Source: Octopus bimaculoides | Taxonomy: Eukaryota | DNA: 64,000 nt | Assembly: GCF_001194135.2 (NCBI RefSeq) | Contig: NC_068994.1 | Location: forward strand, 9,309,045 to 9,373,044 | Direction: 5' to 3' | Shown here: piece after piece, positions 48,654 through 61,912 of the stretch | How positions within the stretch are numbered: the first letter of the stretch is position 1 | Layout of the letters: every line of letters starts with the position of its first letter | Made by a program: the position numbers and the translations under genes | Notes under the pieces: generated by a model | The model's input: the letters and a program-made list of their open reading frames with translations, nothing else | Databases searched by the model: none | Told to the model about the DNA's origin: nothing

Positions 48654-49802
48654 CACATTTAGTAGTCGCTACATTTTGCTTACTTTAGAAGCAAATTTCG
48701 CGTGATTTTGTTTCCAGCTGTTATTTCATTTTAAATATTAACATGGCGCGCAAAAAAGAACATTTTCAACATATTTTGCTTTTGCATTTCTCTAAAGAGA
48801 AGACAACTGCTGCGGTAACAAAGATATGTGTGAAGTTTATGGTGCTGATAGTTTAACAGTACGAACATGTCAGAAATGGTTTTTAAAATTTCGTTCTGAA
48901 GATTTTTCAAACAAACATGACCGACGTTACGGTGGACATTCTGAAGTTGATGACGGAATCAAAGCCGTAATTTTATCTGATTGCCATATACCTATGCGAA
49001 GGATTGCATGGCGCTTAAACGTATTACACACAACAATTGAAAACCACTTAAAAGGACTTGGACTCGTTAAAGAAGCTCGAGATTAATTTAACACAACGGA
49101 TCAATATTTGCGACATGCATCTCAAATGCAATGAAATCTACCGTTTTTTTAAAACAAATCATAACTGGAAATGAAAAAAGGATTGTTTCCAATAACATGG
49201 TCCTAAGCGTAATGAACCAACACAGACCACATCGAAAGTTGAATTGCATCAACGGAAAGGCCATGCTGTCAATTTGGTGGGATTGCAAAGGTATTGTGTA
49301 TTTTCAGCTTCTTGCAGTGAAGCAAACGCTCAATTCAAATGTTTACAGTCAACAATGAATGAAACTGGAGGTAGCAATCAAAGGGAAACGGCCAGAATTC
49401 GGAAGTTGTAAAGGAATCGTGTTCCACCATGACAACGCTAGATCAGAGACATCTTTGCTAACTAATGAAAAGATCATTGGGGCTTGGTTGAGAAGTGATG
49501 AGACAACCGCCATATACCTCTGACCACAATGAGATTACCATTTATTTCGATGTTTCCAAAATTCTTTGAATGGTAAAACTTGAAATAAGGATGATGACCA
49601 GGAATCGCACTTGTCGCAGTTTTTGACTGATAAGGACCAGACGTTTTACAGGCGCGGAATCTTGAAGTTGTGAGGAAGATGGCAAAAGGTCTTGGAACAA
49701 CATGGAAAATGTATAATTGATTAAAGTTTATTTTTTGTGTGTAAAAAATTACTTTTATTTCACACTAAAAGAAACCGAAATTACTTTCTTGCCAACCCAA
49801 TG
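48654..49802 (+). mobile_element. Mariner (DD34D) DNA transposon, mellifera-subfamily-like; near full length, inactive
   Basis: ATG at 48743 (MARKKEHFQHILL). HTH region CEVYGADSLTVRTCQKWFLKFRSEDFS...IENHLKGLGLV. Catalytic-domain motifs ITGNEK (from TGDEKW), LSIWWDCKGIVYF, VFHHDNAR, a broken YSPDLAP/DYHLFR, and C-terminus RWQKVLEQHGKCIID* (TAA 49722-49724). Right TIR about 49772-49800 (reverse complement TTGGGTTGGCAAGAAAGTAATTTCGGTT). Multiple stops and frameshifts. The left TIR is presumably inside the gap 48231-48653. Confidence 0.93.
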
Positions 49803-49822
49803 TATACATAAATAGTTGTGTT

Positions 49823-49867
<45 letters not shown>

Positions 49868-50099
49868 NNNNNNNNNNNNNNNNNNNNNNNNNNNNNNNNN
49901 NNNNNNNNNNNNNNNNNNNNNNNNNNNNNNNNNNNNNNNNNNNNNNNNNNNNNNNNNNNNNNNNNNNNNNNNNNNNNNNNNNNNNNNNNNNNNNNNNNNN
50001 NNNNNNNNNNNNNNNNNNNNNNNNNNNNNNNNNNNNNNNNNNNNNNNNNNNNNNNNNNNNNNNNNNNNNNNNNNNNNNNNNNNNNNNNNNNNNNNNNNN

Positions 50100-50142
<43 letters not shown>

Positions 50143-52834
50143 TGTGTATGCCTGTGTGGTGTGTGCGTGTGTGTCAAGTTGACTGTTCTTTTGTGTCAGA
50201 GTAGTGCAAGTTTTTCTTTGAACCTTGCTCTCATTTGGACGAATGCTTCCCAGTTATCCACGTCTATCTCCATATATAGTAGTATGACGATATTTCCGTG
50301 AAGTATGCGTAAGCTTGCAATATCTAAATAATTACGTGCATTATATTTGTACTTGCTCACTATTGCAGATGTGATTTTATTTAAATTATGAGTTCAGAGA
50401 AGGTTAATATCTGCCTGAAAGCTAAAGGCCATAGATCATATATATGACCTCCGGTGTATACCTTTGCGTTTCTAACGTCTGATTCATGATTTATAACATT
50501 ACAATCCGCTTTGGATTCATTATCAAGAAAAATCCGTAATGCAGTGGATAACGGATGAGAAAATTACTGTCTGTGTTGTGTAAGTAATGTTAAGTTCTGT
50601 TGCGTTGTGTTTTTTTATAAATATATAGAAACAGTTAGTATGTTATTAGTGAATTCACCTTCTCAATGTATGTGTATTTAATTTCATTTAATTTCATTTC
50701 TCTCTCCCATTATATTTCATATATATATATATATCTATATATATATAAAGGTTATGAAGGGTAATGGAGTGAACCAGACCCTAAAAATACAGGTAATACC
50801 GAGTAAGTGCTGTACTCCGACTAGATTTGCCCCTGATGTGGTTGCAACAGGAGTGGCGAATATAACATAGGTCGTGTATTAGCGTGTGTATAGATAAAAA
50901 AGAATGAGATAAAGAGACCAATGGCATAAATAAATTTATATTTTCTGTATGAATTTATATTTCATATGTTACATAAAATATTAATTTTATCTCATTCTTA
51001 TATNNNNNNNNNNNNNNNNNNNNNNNNNNNNNNNNNNNNNNNTATATATATAAGTATATATATATAGGTCTGTTCTTCTGTCTGTATGTGCTGTTATTGT
51101 TCTTGCTGTTGTGTCTACAATAATCGATAGACTCATCACACCCTTTATTGAAAAGAGACATTAAATAACATTCTCCAACTTGTACAGGTCCATTGTAAAA
51201 CGATTCTTGAAATCAGCACACCATTAATCGGGAAAAAATATATAAATTCGTAGACTTGTGTCTGGATCATTATCGACAAAAGAGAATAGTTTCGATGCGT
51301 TACAAACTACGTGAGTTTTAATAGATTGCTGTTGTAACATTGTTAACGAGATATATAGTTAATCATCCATCTAGTCATGAAATGGGAGGATTTCATGGGA
51401 ATTCACGTGAATTATAGTATGATTACGTGTCCGCATATCCAACATTAATGATTTTGCAAATGTGCGCGATTTTCATTTGCCGAAATAAGCATGAGTTCAC
51501 GCAAGATTCCTATTTCCCCGTCATATTAAATAATTAGTTCAGAAGAATATTCTGAACGAAGGCTTTAATGTTATTACGTAGGAACTGTGGTTATTCTCCT
51601 CCCCAACTCTTGAGAATTTTAAATATTTGTGCAATCAGTCATTATAGGACTAACCTGCGAAATAGATTTCTACTCGGTATTGTAACATTAATTAGTAAAA
51701 TATGCCGTCTAGGATATCACTACACAGGTGATCGACTAATGAGTAAATATTTACTAATTCTTCCTGATATCAAAAATTATTGTTTGAAAATTGGGAATGA
51801 CATAATGGATATTATTTCCCGTATACCCCTAAAACTAACACATTTGTTCGATCTGTTGGGATTTTGGTTGTAATAACTATATGTCCGATCAAGAAATAAG
51901 ACAAATGTGCAGTCAATACTCGAGTATTTAATGTAAAACTCAAGTATTTAATGTTTTGTGATATTTTTACTGTATTTCAAATTCAACTTAGACCAATGTT
52001 GTTGTTCGTCTCTTCTGAGTCGTCAAATTGAAGAATTAATCAACGGGGTTGGACTGATGCATCTACGAGAGATCTCTGTTGAAAAATGATGGGGTATTTG
52101 TCTTGGTTCCTTGTCTTCTTAGTTTTTCGTTTTAGAGCTAATCCGTCCACTGGTTTAAAATCTCGGACTACTAGTGTAAAGTTCTATAATGGATTAAAAA
52201 TATACGAAGCAACTATTCACTGGAGCAACAACAAGGCGGAAGGACTTGAAATAATATTAAAACATTTCTCATCTCAAAATAAGTGAAGGATACATGGCAG
52301 AGATAGAGAGAGTAGAAAACTAGCACAGTGGTGTTGATAGAGCGAATGAGAAAGAGTAAGACAGATTTTACAGCCAGGTAACAGTAATAAAAGAGAGAGT
52401 AACACCCATGAGGAAGATTAAACTGATTTTGATAATAGAAAAGGAGGAGATGTCAAAGTACTTGCACATCAATTTAGAAGCATTTGAAAAGATGCCTATT
52501 TTCAAACAAGAAATCTTGTCACAGATATAGATTGAATTTCAATAAATTTATAACACCTGCTCAGTTTTTCTTTATTTCTGTCGTCATTCCTTTAGGCGTG
52601 GTCGTTGGTGTTTGCTTTTATTCCTCTTATGAAGGAATGCTTCCATGCAAGAACATTCGATATATACTGTCGGCAATTTAAATCAATTGACACACGTGTT
52701 AAATGGAGAGATGATGCACTTTTCATCCATACATAAAAATCTATCTCTATATACATGTATGTGCCTGTGTCTCAGAATGAGTGTGTATGTAAGAGCATAC
52801 ATGTCTGTATGTAGTCACATACATGCATACACAT

Positions 52835-52912
52835 ATAGGTATATATAGGTATATACACATATAGGTATATACACATATAGGTATATATAGGTATATACAC
52901 ATATAGGTATAC
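52835..52912. repeat. Short minisatellite built from ATATAGGT(ATATACAC) units
   Basis: Six ATAGGTAT cores separated alternately by 0 or 8 extra nt. Confidence 0.8.
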
Positions 52913-53526
52913 ACCTTCACTTGAAATCTGTCGGTAAATTTCGGTTATATTAATGTTGTTGTATTACATATTTAAAACTGGAGTACATAAATAACATATC
53001 TGATTCCTATTTCTTGAACAAAAGTATTAAAGCATTTACAAACTCATTTCAGATTCTGAATAGCATTGTTTGTACATTTATTGGGATAACATAACGTAAC
53101 ATAATATTTTGTGCAATAATATATCTTTTTATATGTTTTTTTTTTTCTTTAGGATCAATATACATTATGATAAATTGATTCTAATTCTGAGAATAATTTC
53201 ATAACGCAAAGTTTATTTTAATTTGGTGTTTAATCACTTTCCTGTATTATTTAGCAGAGGTAAAAAAAACAACAACACAATTACATATGCGTCATTTACT
53301 TTCATGCTTCGAAATATTTAAAATATCTACTGTCAAAATATACAGAGAATATTTTTAGTACAAACGAAATAAATGTAAGCTTTGAAAATATCTGTATTAT
53401 GTTCAAAACAAAATTAAACACAACTTCCTCCGCACACACACACGCACGCACACACACTCACAAACACACACACACACATACACACATACACACACACATC
53501 TACATACATATATATAAATACATGTA

Positions 53527-53560
<34 letters not shown>

Positions 53561-53830
53561 NNNNNNNNNNNNNNNNNNNNNNNNNNNNNNNNNNNNNNNN
53601 NNNNNNNNNNNNNNNNNNNNNNNNNNNNNNNNNNNNNNNNNNNNNNNNNNNNNNNNNNNNNNNNNNNNNNNNNNNNNNNNNNNNNNNNNNNNNNNNNNNN
53701 NNNNNNNNNNNNNNNNNNNNNNNNNNNNNNNNNNNNNNNNNNNNNNNNNNNNNNNNNNNNNNNNNNNNNNNNNNNNNNNNNNNNNNNNNNNNNNNNNNNN
53801 NNNNNNNNNNNNNNNNNNNNNNNNNNNNNN

Positions 53831-53861
<31 letters not shown>

Positions 53862-54691
53862 GTAGTGTATTGCCACTTAAGTGTGGCTGACCCCTAGGGG
53901 TGGATGTTACTGTTGCTTCATTTAGAGAATTAACATTGCTTATATATATATATATATATATAGATAGATAGATATATACAAATAAATACAGGCATATACA
54001 TACATATTTAAATTATTTAAAATATATATACATGAATGTATTGACAGGTGTATCTGTTTAATAGAACATCATATTTATTACCACCCTTGATGTTTAGTTT
54101 TGATAAATTCAATGATAAAGCTCATTAATTTTATAGATGCTGAACGTATTCGCATGCTCATTTAACAAGCATTAACATTTTGGCAGTTCATGATTCAAGA
54201 CGATCAATGTGTATGATAGTCGATCATACACAGGTGCGATCAAAGACAGATGCATTTGTGAAAATCCAGGTTGCGCTTCACTTCGTTAAATCTCCTTAGA
54301 TACAGAAAACAGAAAAACCTTTCATTGTGCTTTGTAAGAAATAGAAAATAAGGAAAATAACGTAAAAATAAGAACGTTAATATCCATTGACAGTGGAACT
54401 TCTTTTCCATTACAAATCGAATATTGTGTTACATATCGATAAGAGTGTATATGAATGTGTGGGGAAGTTTTCTGTCGAGGGCTTATAAATCCCATTATTA
54501 GACTGTTTCTTTAGTCATTGCGCAGTGATCGCTTATCAGCTTAAAGCTTATAAAATACTATTATTAGTTATAGTATTGTAACAATCGACACTGCTTGACA
54601 AAACAATCGAAGTGAATGCACATGAGAGTTTGTTTACAGAAACAACAACGAACTAATTATAGTTCTTAACTTTGACAGCAAGAATCAGATT

Positions 54692-54762
54692 GGTGCGTTG
54701 GTGTAACGGTAGTTCACTTAGTCGTATAAAGATAGAGGTGTGGGTTCGATTTCAACGCATAC
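54692..54762 (+). pseudogene. tRNA-like pseudogene or isolated SINE head
   Basis: A-box TGGTGTAACGG, D-stem GTG/CAC, T-loop GTGGG-TTCGATT with B-box, imperfect acceptor and anticodon stems, T7 run at 54775-54781. Confidence 0.45.
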
Positions 54763-55800
54763 GAGAAAACCTACTTTTTTTCTCTCGAGGGCTTATATGC
54801 CCCATTATTAGACCATTTTCTTTAGCCATTGCGCAGTTATTTGCTTATACGCTTTAAGCTCATGTAATAATATTATTGTTATTTACAGAATTATAAAATA
54901 TAGACACTGCTTAACAAAATCGTCGCAGGGTTATATATATATATATATATAAGGTTGTCAAGAAAGTTCTTGCCGTTTTTAACGTTTAAATTCAGATGCA
55001 CATATCTCGGCTCAAACAAATTTTTATTAATCAAAATGAACACCATCACAATTAACAAACTTTTGCCAACGCGAAACAAGTTTATTTATGCCAGTGGCGT
55101 GTTGGAGGCGTGTTTGTGTGTGTGTGTGTTAATGTGTTTGTGTGTCTGTGGCTTTGAACGCAGAAGTTCAAATGTACACATGGCTATACAGAACATTACG
55201 TTATAACTTTGTATGTTACTTAAATGGTGTACGTATGTCTAAATATAACGTACCTTTGTGATAATTCTCAAATTTTGTGTTCCGTGCTGTGTTGTGGCCA
55301 TAAATTGTGCGCAAAATACATAATGTGTTATGTTGAAATTTGCGTTTGTCTGCGGTGTATACTTTGCGCTAACCCATATGAACTGCGTGAAAATCCATAA
55401 TAACTAAGTTTCGTTCCTCTGATGGTGTGCTGCTATCATTAGTGTAGCTTTCCCTGTTTGCTGAGACATAAAAATGAAGCCGTGTGTGTAATATTCGCAG
55501 TATATGCGTGTGTGAAATAGATTCAAATAAAATAATATGATATTTTAATAATGTAATAATATCATAATATAATATATTGATATGTTGATAAAATTATATG
55601 ATGTCAAGTGAAAAGAATAATGTAATGTAAAATATAATAGGTGGAAAATTTTTAAATTATTGAAAAAGAAGGATAATAATATACAATTGTGATATAGTAT
55701 GATAGTATGGAAATTAAAGAAAAATAGACACCACATTATGTATCATATATATACNNNNNNNNNNNNNNNNNNNNNNNNNNNNNNNNNNNNNNNNNNNNNN

Positions 55801-55836
<36 letters not shown>

Positions 55837-56047
55837 CATAGACGCATACATGTATATGGATAGATAGATAGGTAGATAGATAGAGAGAGAGATTCGTATG
55901 AATCTACACATTTACAAACTAATGAAGATTCATACAACTACTGAAATTTTGACATGCAAACACATACGATTACAACCATATATACTTTCGTGTGTGCTTC
56001 TATTTATGTGAGCACGCATCCGCACACGCACAAGCACATATATATCT

Positions 56048-56091
<44 letters not shown>

Positions 56092-56699
56092 CTAGATGGA
56101 GACACAGAGTGATAGAGAAAAAGAGAAAGAGAGTGTAGGGGGAGAGGGAGACACTCTTAAAGGTACGGATATATATGCATACTTATATGAACGAATATAT
56201 AAGAAGATTGGTGCATGAAGCGAATTTGTTGACGACTGGCTTCACGGATCTGACGTGCTCTGCGAATTTGAAAATTAGCGTTCGATTCTTCGACAGTGTA
56301 TTTTATTTTCTGCCTGTCATAAGTATTTAATTTGTGTCTTGGACTGTCACCCTGAATTCCAGATCGGAGTTGAGGCATATTTCGGAGGGAACACTAAATA
56401 CTGGCTTCAAAAATTAGCGATTAACAAAACATTTCTTTCCATGGTCGCTTGTACTAAAGGTCTGAGAGTTTCATGGATACATTGCAGTCGTAAAAGGACA
56501 AGATAGCTTTCCTGCGATGTACGCAGTAATGACAACGTAATGGCGTTCCAGTCTGCCGGAATGTACTTTTAATAAATATGTAAATCACCGTTTCAAATCT
56601 GGATGTCCAGATCGCAAGGGTTTGCTTAAAAAAATATCTTCACGTGTAATATCCTATATTTTACATCTATGTATGTATGTATGTATGTATGTATGTATG

Positions 56700-56766
<67 letters not shown>

Positions 56767-57113
56767 ATATATATATATATATATATATANNNNNNNNNNN
56801 NNNNNNNNNNNNNNNNNNNNNNNNNNNNNNNNNNNNNNNNNNNNNNNNNNNNNNNNNNNNNNNNNNNNNNNNNNNNNNNNNNNNNNNNNNNNNNNNNNNN
56901 NNNNNNNNNNNNNNNNNNNNNNNNNNNNNNNNNNNNNNNNNNNNNNNNNNNNNNNNNNNNNNNNNNNNNNNNNNNNNNNNNNNNNNNNNNNNNNNNNNNN
57001 NNNNNNNNNNNNNNNNNNNNNNNNNNNNNNNNNNNNNNNNNNNNNNNNNNNNNNNNNNNNNNNNNNNATCTCTCTATTTGTGGGATTCTCTCTCTCTCTC
57101 TTCCTATCTATCC

Positions 57114-57156
<43 letters not shown>

Positions 57157-58319
57157 GATCTATTTATATAAAGAGAGAAACAGAGATAGACTTAGACTGA
57201 GCAAGAATGAACCACAGAAAATAAATAAATATTTGCATATATGTATGTATATATGTGTGTATTTGAGTGCGTGTGTTTGTGTACGTATGTGTGTGTGCGT
57301 GTGTATGTGTGTGTATGTGTGTGTCTGTCTCTGCTGTACCTGGTTGTTTCTTCCCGCGCGCATATGTGTGTGTTAAATACTTGACTTAGCTGTGGATTAT
57401 TTCGTTCAGCTTAATCGTTGTGAGAGAATGAGATATAATGCCTGATCTTTGACTTATATTCAACCAGGTGTTAATTTACATCGATGTTCTTAATGCAGAA
57501 TTTGATATCGTCTGAACACCGCTTTTGTGAGCTTTCAACAATTCTTCTGAATTCACTGTTCAGCATTAAACACTGTTCTTTGAATTCCGACACTATTGCA
57601 TTGGTACATGTCGTAAATGATTATGAAGTTGTTATATAGCGAGTTGCTATTACTGTAAGTAATGGATTCGATACAATGGTGCCAATTTGTTATTTTTTTT
57701 TAGATATATATTAACGGTTAGTGAACCATTATATTAATGGTGAAAATTCTAAAAAGATGTCGATATCCATTATGTATCCGTCTATCACATGTATGTTATG
57801 TTGTAGACCTTGAACTGAACACCACATACACACTGACATAGTCACACACAGATACACAAACGCATATATATATATATATATANNNNNNNNNNNNNNNNNN
57901 NNNNNNNNNNNNNNNNNNNNNNNNNNNNNNNNNNNNNNNNNNNNNNNNNNNNNNNNNNNNNNNNNNNNNNNNNNNNNNNNNNNNNNNNNNNNNNNNNNNN
58001 NNNNNNNNNNNNNNNNNNNNNNNNNNNACACATTCAGACAGAGATGAAAGGAGAAAGAGGGACATGGGAGCAGAGACAAGATATATGCGACTGGACTGCC
58101 TTTCATCATAGACATAGTCATTTAATGGTGACGTGAGGCTAAACAACTTTGCGAGCCTCACCACCAACACCGCTACCAGCATTAATGAGTTCAGCAAGTT
58201 TACTATCTCGATAACATTGCTTTAAGTGCATCGATGGCACACCAATAACAATGCCTATATATTTAGATACATACATACATACTTACATATATACATATAT
58301 ACATACATACATGCGTATT

Positions 58320-58690
58320 ATTCTTTTATTCTTTTATTCTTTCATTCTTTTTTCTTTTACTTCTTTCAGCCATTTGACTACCGCGATGCTGTAGTCAAAC
58401 AAATCGAACTCAGGACCTATCCTTTTTATACCTAGTTTTAATCCTATCGACTCCTCTGCCGAACCGCTAGGTTGTTAAGCGATGGTGGAGGGACAAACAC
58501 GCACACACATACACACACTCATATAGGATGGGCTTTTTCAGTTTCCGTCTACCAAATCTACACACAGGGCCTTGGTCGGCTCGAGGGTATACTAGAAGAC
58601 ACTTGTTCAAGGTGCCACGCAGTGGGAGTGAACTCGGAACTACGTGGTTGATGTAAGCAAGCTACTTACCACACAGGCACGCCTGCACAT
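58320..58690 (-). mobile_element. tRNA-derived CORE-type SINE, family B, near full length
   Basis: Minus strand: GCCTGTGTGGTAAGTAGCTTGC head, GAGTTCACTCCC B-box-like, CORE-like GGCACCTTGAACAAGTGTCTTCT, and a tail with GCATCGCGGTAGTCAAATGGCTGAAAG and A/G-rich repeats. Confidence 0.85.
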
Positions 58691-60425
58691 ATATATATAT
58701 ATAAATATATATATACAGACGGAGAGATAGATAGAAAGAGAGAGGGAGAGAGAGAAAGCCAAGTACAATTGTCAATTGATTCAATGAAATATCTTTACTT
58801 TGCAAACCGAACGTATTTGAATATTCTTCAGTGTGTTTCAAATAGCCAGCAATGATCATAATTCTTATGTATATATTTGTCACTAAGCCCATTGTAATAT
58901 AGCATTATCAAAATGGGTATTAAAATCAACTTTATATTACAAATGATATTTTATGACCTGCTGTCGTTTAAATAAAATGAGGAGAGAATAATATTAATTT
59001 CAACGAAATTATTTATTTAAAATCAATAAGTCATGTTCTTTTGAAATGATTTTTTGTCTTTTTCAACCTCTTCACTGCACGGACAATGTGACAATGTAAC
59101 AATGATCTGTTTTTTTCTTTTTCTCGATCTTACCGAATTTGAACGAGATATTCGGTGTTAGGGTCAATGTCCATTATTAGTTTTACATGTCAAATCTGTG
59201 AAAATTCCTAACAAATTCTTTGATTCTAATTTATGTATTTCTTTTCATATTACGAGTCCTACTTTTGTGTGTACGCTCATATATTGAATAGCTGCGAAGA
59301 ACGTGTTCAGTTACTTCATCCGAATGTAAAACAAGTAACTCACACCTATTTTCATCATCCCTTTCTTTTCAAAGTCCGTCACTGTTGCAGGTCTAATCAA
59401 TCCTTCCATGATTTATTCTGAGTGAGGAAGTTAAAAAAAAAATCATTAGCGCATACCTATATCTTTCCAAATGGTGCTCATGTCAATATTACTTAACAGC
59501 ATAATTCATGAATACTCTGAGAAGCTAAATTTATATTAATTCTTTTTGGCCAAAATGTACTTCTCTTATCTTCCCATTTTTCATTCGCTGAAAATTTTCG
59601 TAAAACATATGGAATAAAATAGCAATAAACACTTTATGTCATAGTTCGCGAAATTGATGTCGTGCTCGTGGCTAAAGGACGTTGGAATTCGCTTTTTCAA
59701 CCGTGTCATATTTTTGACATTCAATCTATCGGTCTTACACTCTGTAAAAGTAAATTCAATAACAATATTCAAAATGTATTTTGGTCACACATGCTTCTTT
59801 TATGCAAGGACAAAACATCGCAAATTTTATTGGCCATAGCACTTAAGATAACTGTTATGCACTCCGTATTAGCATGTGCATCATATTAACGACATTTTCA
59901 CGCTTTTCTCCCAAGAAGTTTTAAGCGATGTTTTGAAACAAGATGCGATATTTTTATATAAAATCATTTTGAACGCATTAATATTGAAAATATTACCCAT
60001 CGGGCAGCGCTGTTTGAGATCATTCTTATTCAATAATTTTTCCTCAAAATACCAGGAAATATTCGTATGGCATGTTTATATGCTCGTGAAGCAATATCTG
60101 TTATAGAAGTACTGAGGATATTCGTTATATTTTAGCACTTTAGCGAAACGAACCTCTCTGCAAATGCCCATACATTTCCTGCTAGACTATACATTTTTTT
60201 ATTTTTGTAATTGTATTGAAAATTCTTAAGTGTTTCAATTCACTAGTTCCGATAATATTTTCGCAAAGCTTTGTTGCAAGATACTTTGTGGGATATATTT
60301 CACTTACATTACCTCTTCTAATCTCTATGTACAACCTTTGAAACCGCTTTCTGTCTATATTAACGTGGTAACCTCTCAGATTTAGCGGCAGATATTCAAG
60401 CTCTTTCACTTCTTAGTTGAAATAC

Positions 60426-60560
60426 GGCCGAGATGAGCTGGAGTCGACAAGGTAGCAGTACCGTTAGTGCATCAAATAAAACTGAGGTCAACTTTGGCTT
60501 TTGATACCGCGGACGTCGATGAAAGAAAGTACCAGTTAAGTAGTGACAAATTCGGCTAGT
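60426..60560 (+). mobile_element. Family A SINE, old diverged copy
   Basis: GATGAGCTGG head remnant and GAGGTCAACTTTGGCTTTTGAT...GTCGATGAAAGAAAGTACCAGTTAAGTA core. Confidence 0.6.
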
Positions 60561-60681
60561 ACTATAAATTGAAACCAATCTTGTTTACCACATTTCATAT
60601 AATCTTGGGTATTGGTGGCATATGCAAGTATCAGCACCAAGTATGTTTTATGATAATTCCATCTGTCCTTCTCTTTAAATA

Positions 60682-60713
<32 letters not shown>

Positions 60714-60984
60714 GTGTAGTATATTGCCACTTAAGTGNNNNNNNNNNNNNNNNNNNNNNNNNNNNNNNNNNNNNNNNNNNNNNNNNNNNNNNNNNNNNNN
60801 NNNNNNNNNNNNNNNNNNNNNNNNNNNNNNNNNNNNNNNNNNNNNNNNNNNNNNNNNNNNNNNNNNNNNNNNNNNNNNNNNNNNNNNNNNNNNNNNNNNN
60901 NNNNNNNNNNNNNNNNNNNNNNNNNNNNNNNNNNNNNNNNNNNNNNNNNNNNNNNNNNNNNNNNNNNNNNNNNNNNNNNNNNNN

Positions 60985-61017
<33 letters not shown>

Positions 61018-61754
61018 GTATATACATGCATATACACGAGCGTCAAGCTAGGATATTTCTTATGCACGACCACATGTCCGTTCTTAATCGTTTATATGAA
61101 ATGTTTGTTTATTTCAATTGACTACACATATACATGCATACATACGTACATGTGAATGTGCGTGTGTCTGTGTATGAGCGCACGTGTGTGCGTATGTACA
61201 TGTATAAAGTGCTTTAATTGTAATATTAAATCATTGATATGCTGTTTGTATGAATTTCAAAACATGCCTTGAAAGAGATATACATATTTGTTCAGTCTAT
61301 GTGATGTTTCTATAACGGTACATAGATTAGTGTTAATTTTGAATTATATATGTCACTTGTTTTCACATATGGAAATATCATACGTGAATAGATGAATAAT
61401 TATGTTTCATATTTAACGTATTGGCAAACTAATTCGATAAGTCTGCAATCTGAAAACACTGCTAACAATAATGATGTACCCTTCAGAACATTATTAGCAT
61501 TTAAATACGATATATATTTATTGAGAACTGATCTCGTTACTGAACGATGATTACATGATTACATTTTAAAATTATTTTGAGCCAAACTTTGTTACTTAAT
61601 TAGAAATCGAATTGTTTTGTGAATATTCATTACATTTGAACACATAAAAAATTATTTATATTGTATACAATGTTTTATCATGAGAGTAGTTTTATCATTT
61701 AGAATTGCTTTCAAATTGTGGTGTAATAACCAGCGTTTTTCTTTAGTCGTTTAC

Positions 61755-61912
61755 ACCGATTCTAGTTCTCAAGTGGTTCATATTTTCGACTCCGAAAGGA
61801 TGTGAGGGAAAGAAGCTCGACTGTATTTGAGCTGCGAATGTAAAGAGCCGGATGAAATACCGGTTAGTACATTGTCAGATATAACTTACAATTCTTCCCG
61901 ATCACCGCCTTG
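61755..61912 (-). mobile_element. Family A SINE, old diverged copy
   Basis: TCGACTCCGAAAGGATG...ATTTGAGCTGCGAATGTAAAGAGCCGGATGAAATACCG...TCACCGCCTT aligns by eye to the 12283 copy. Confidence 0.6.

Noticed and set aside
60417-60451. Plus-strand exon-like segment (LKYGRDELESTR)
   Set aside because: Overlaps a decayed family A SINE head and has a poor donor (GTAGCA).
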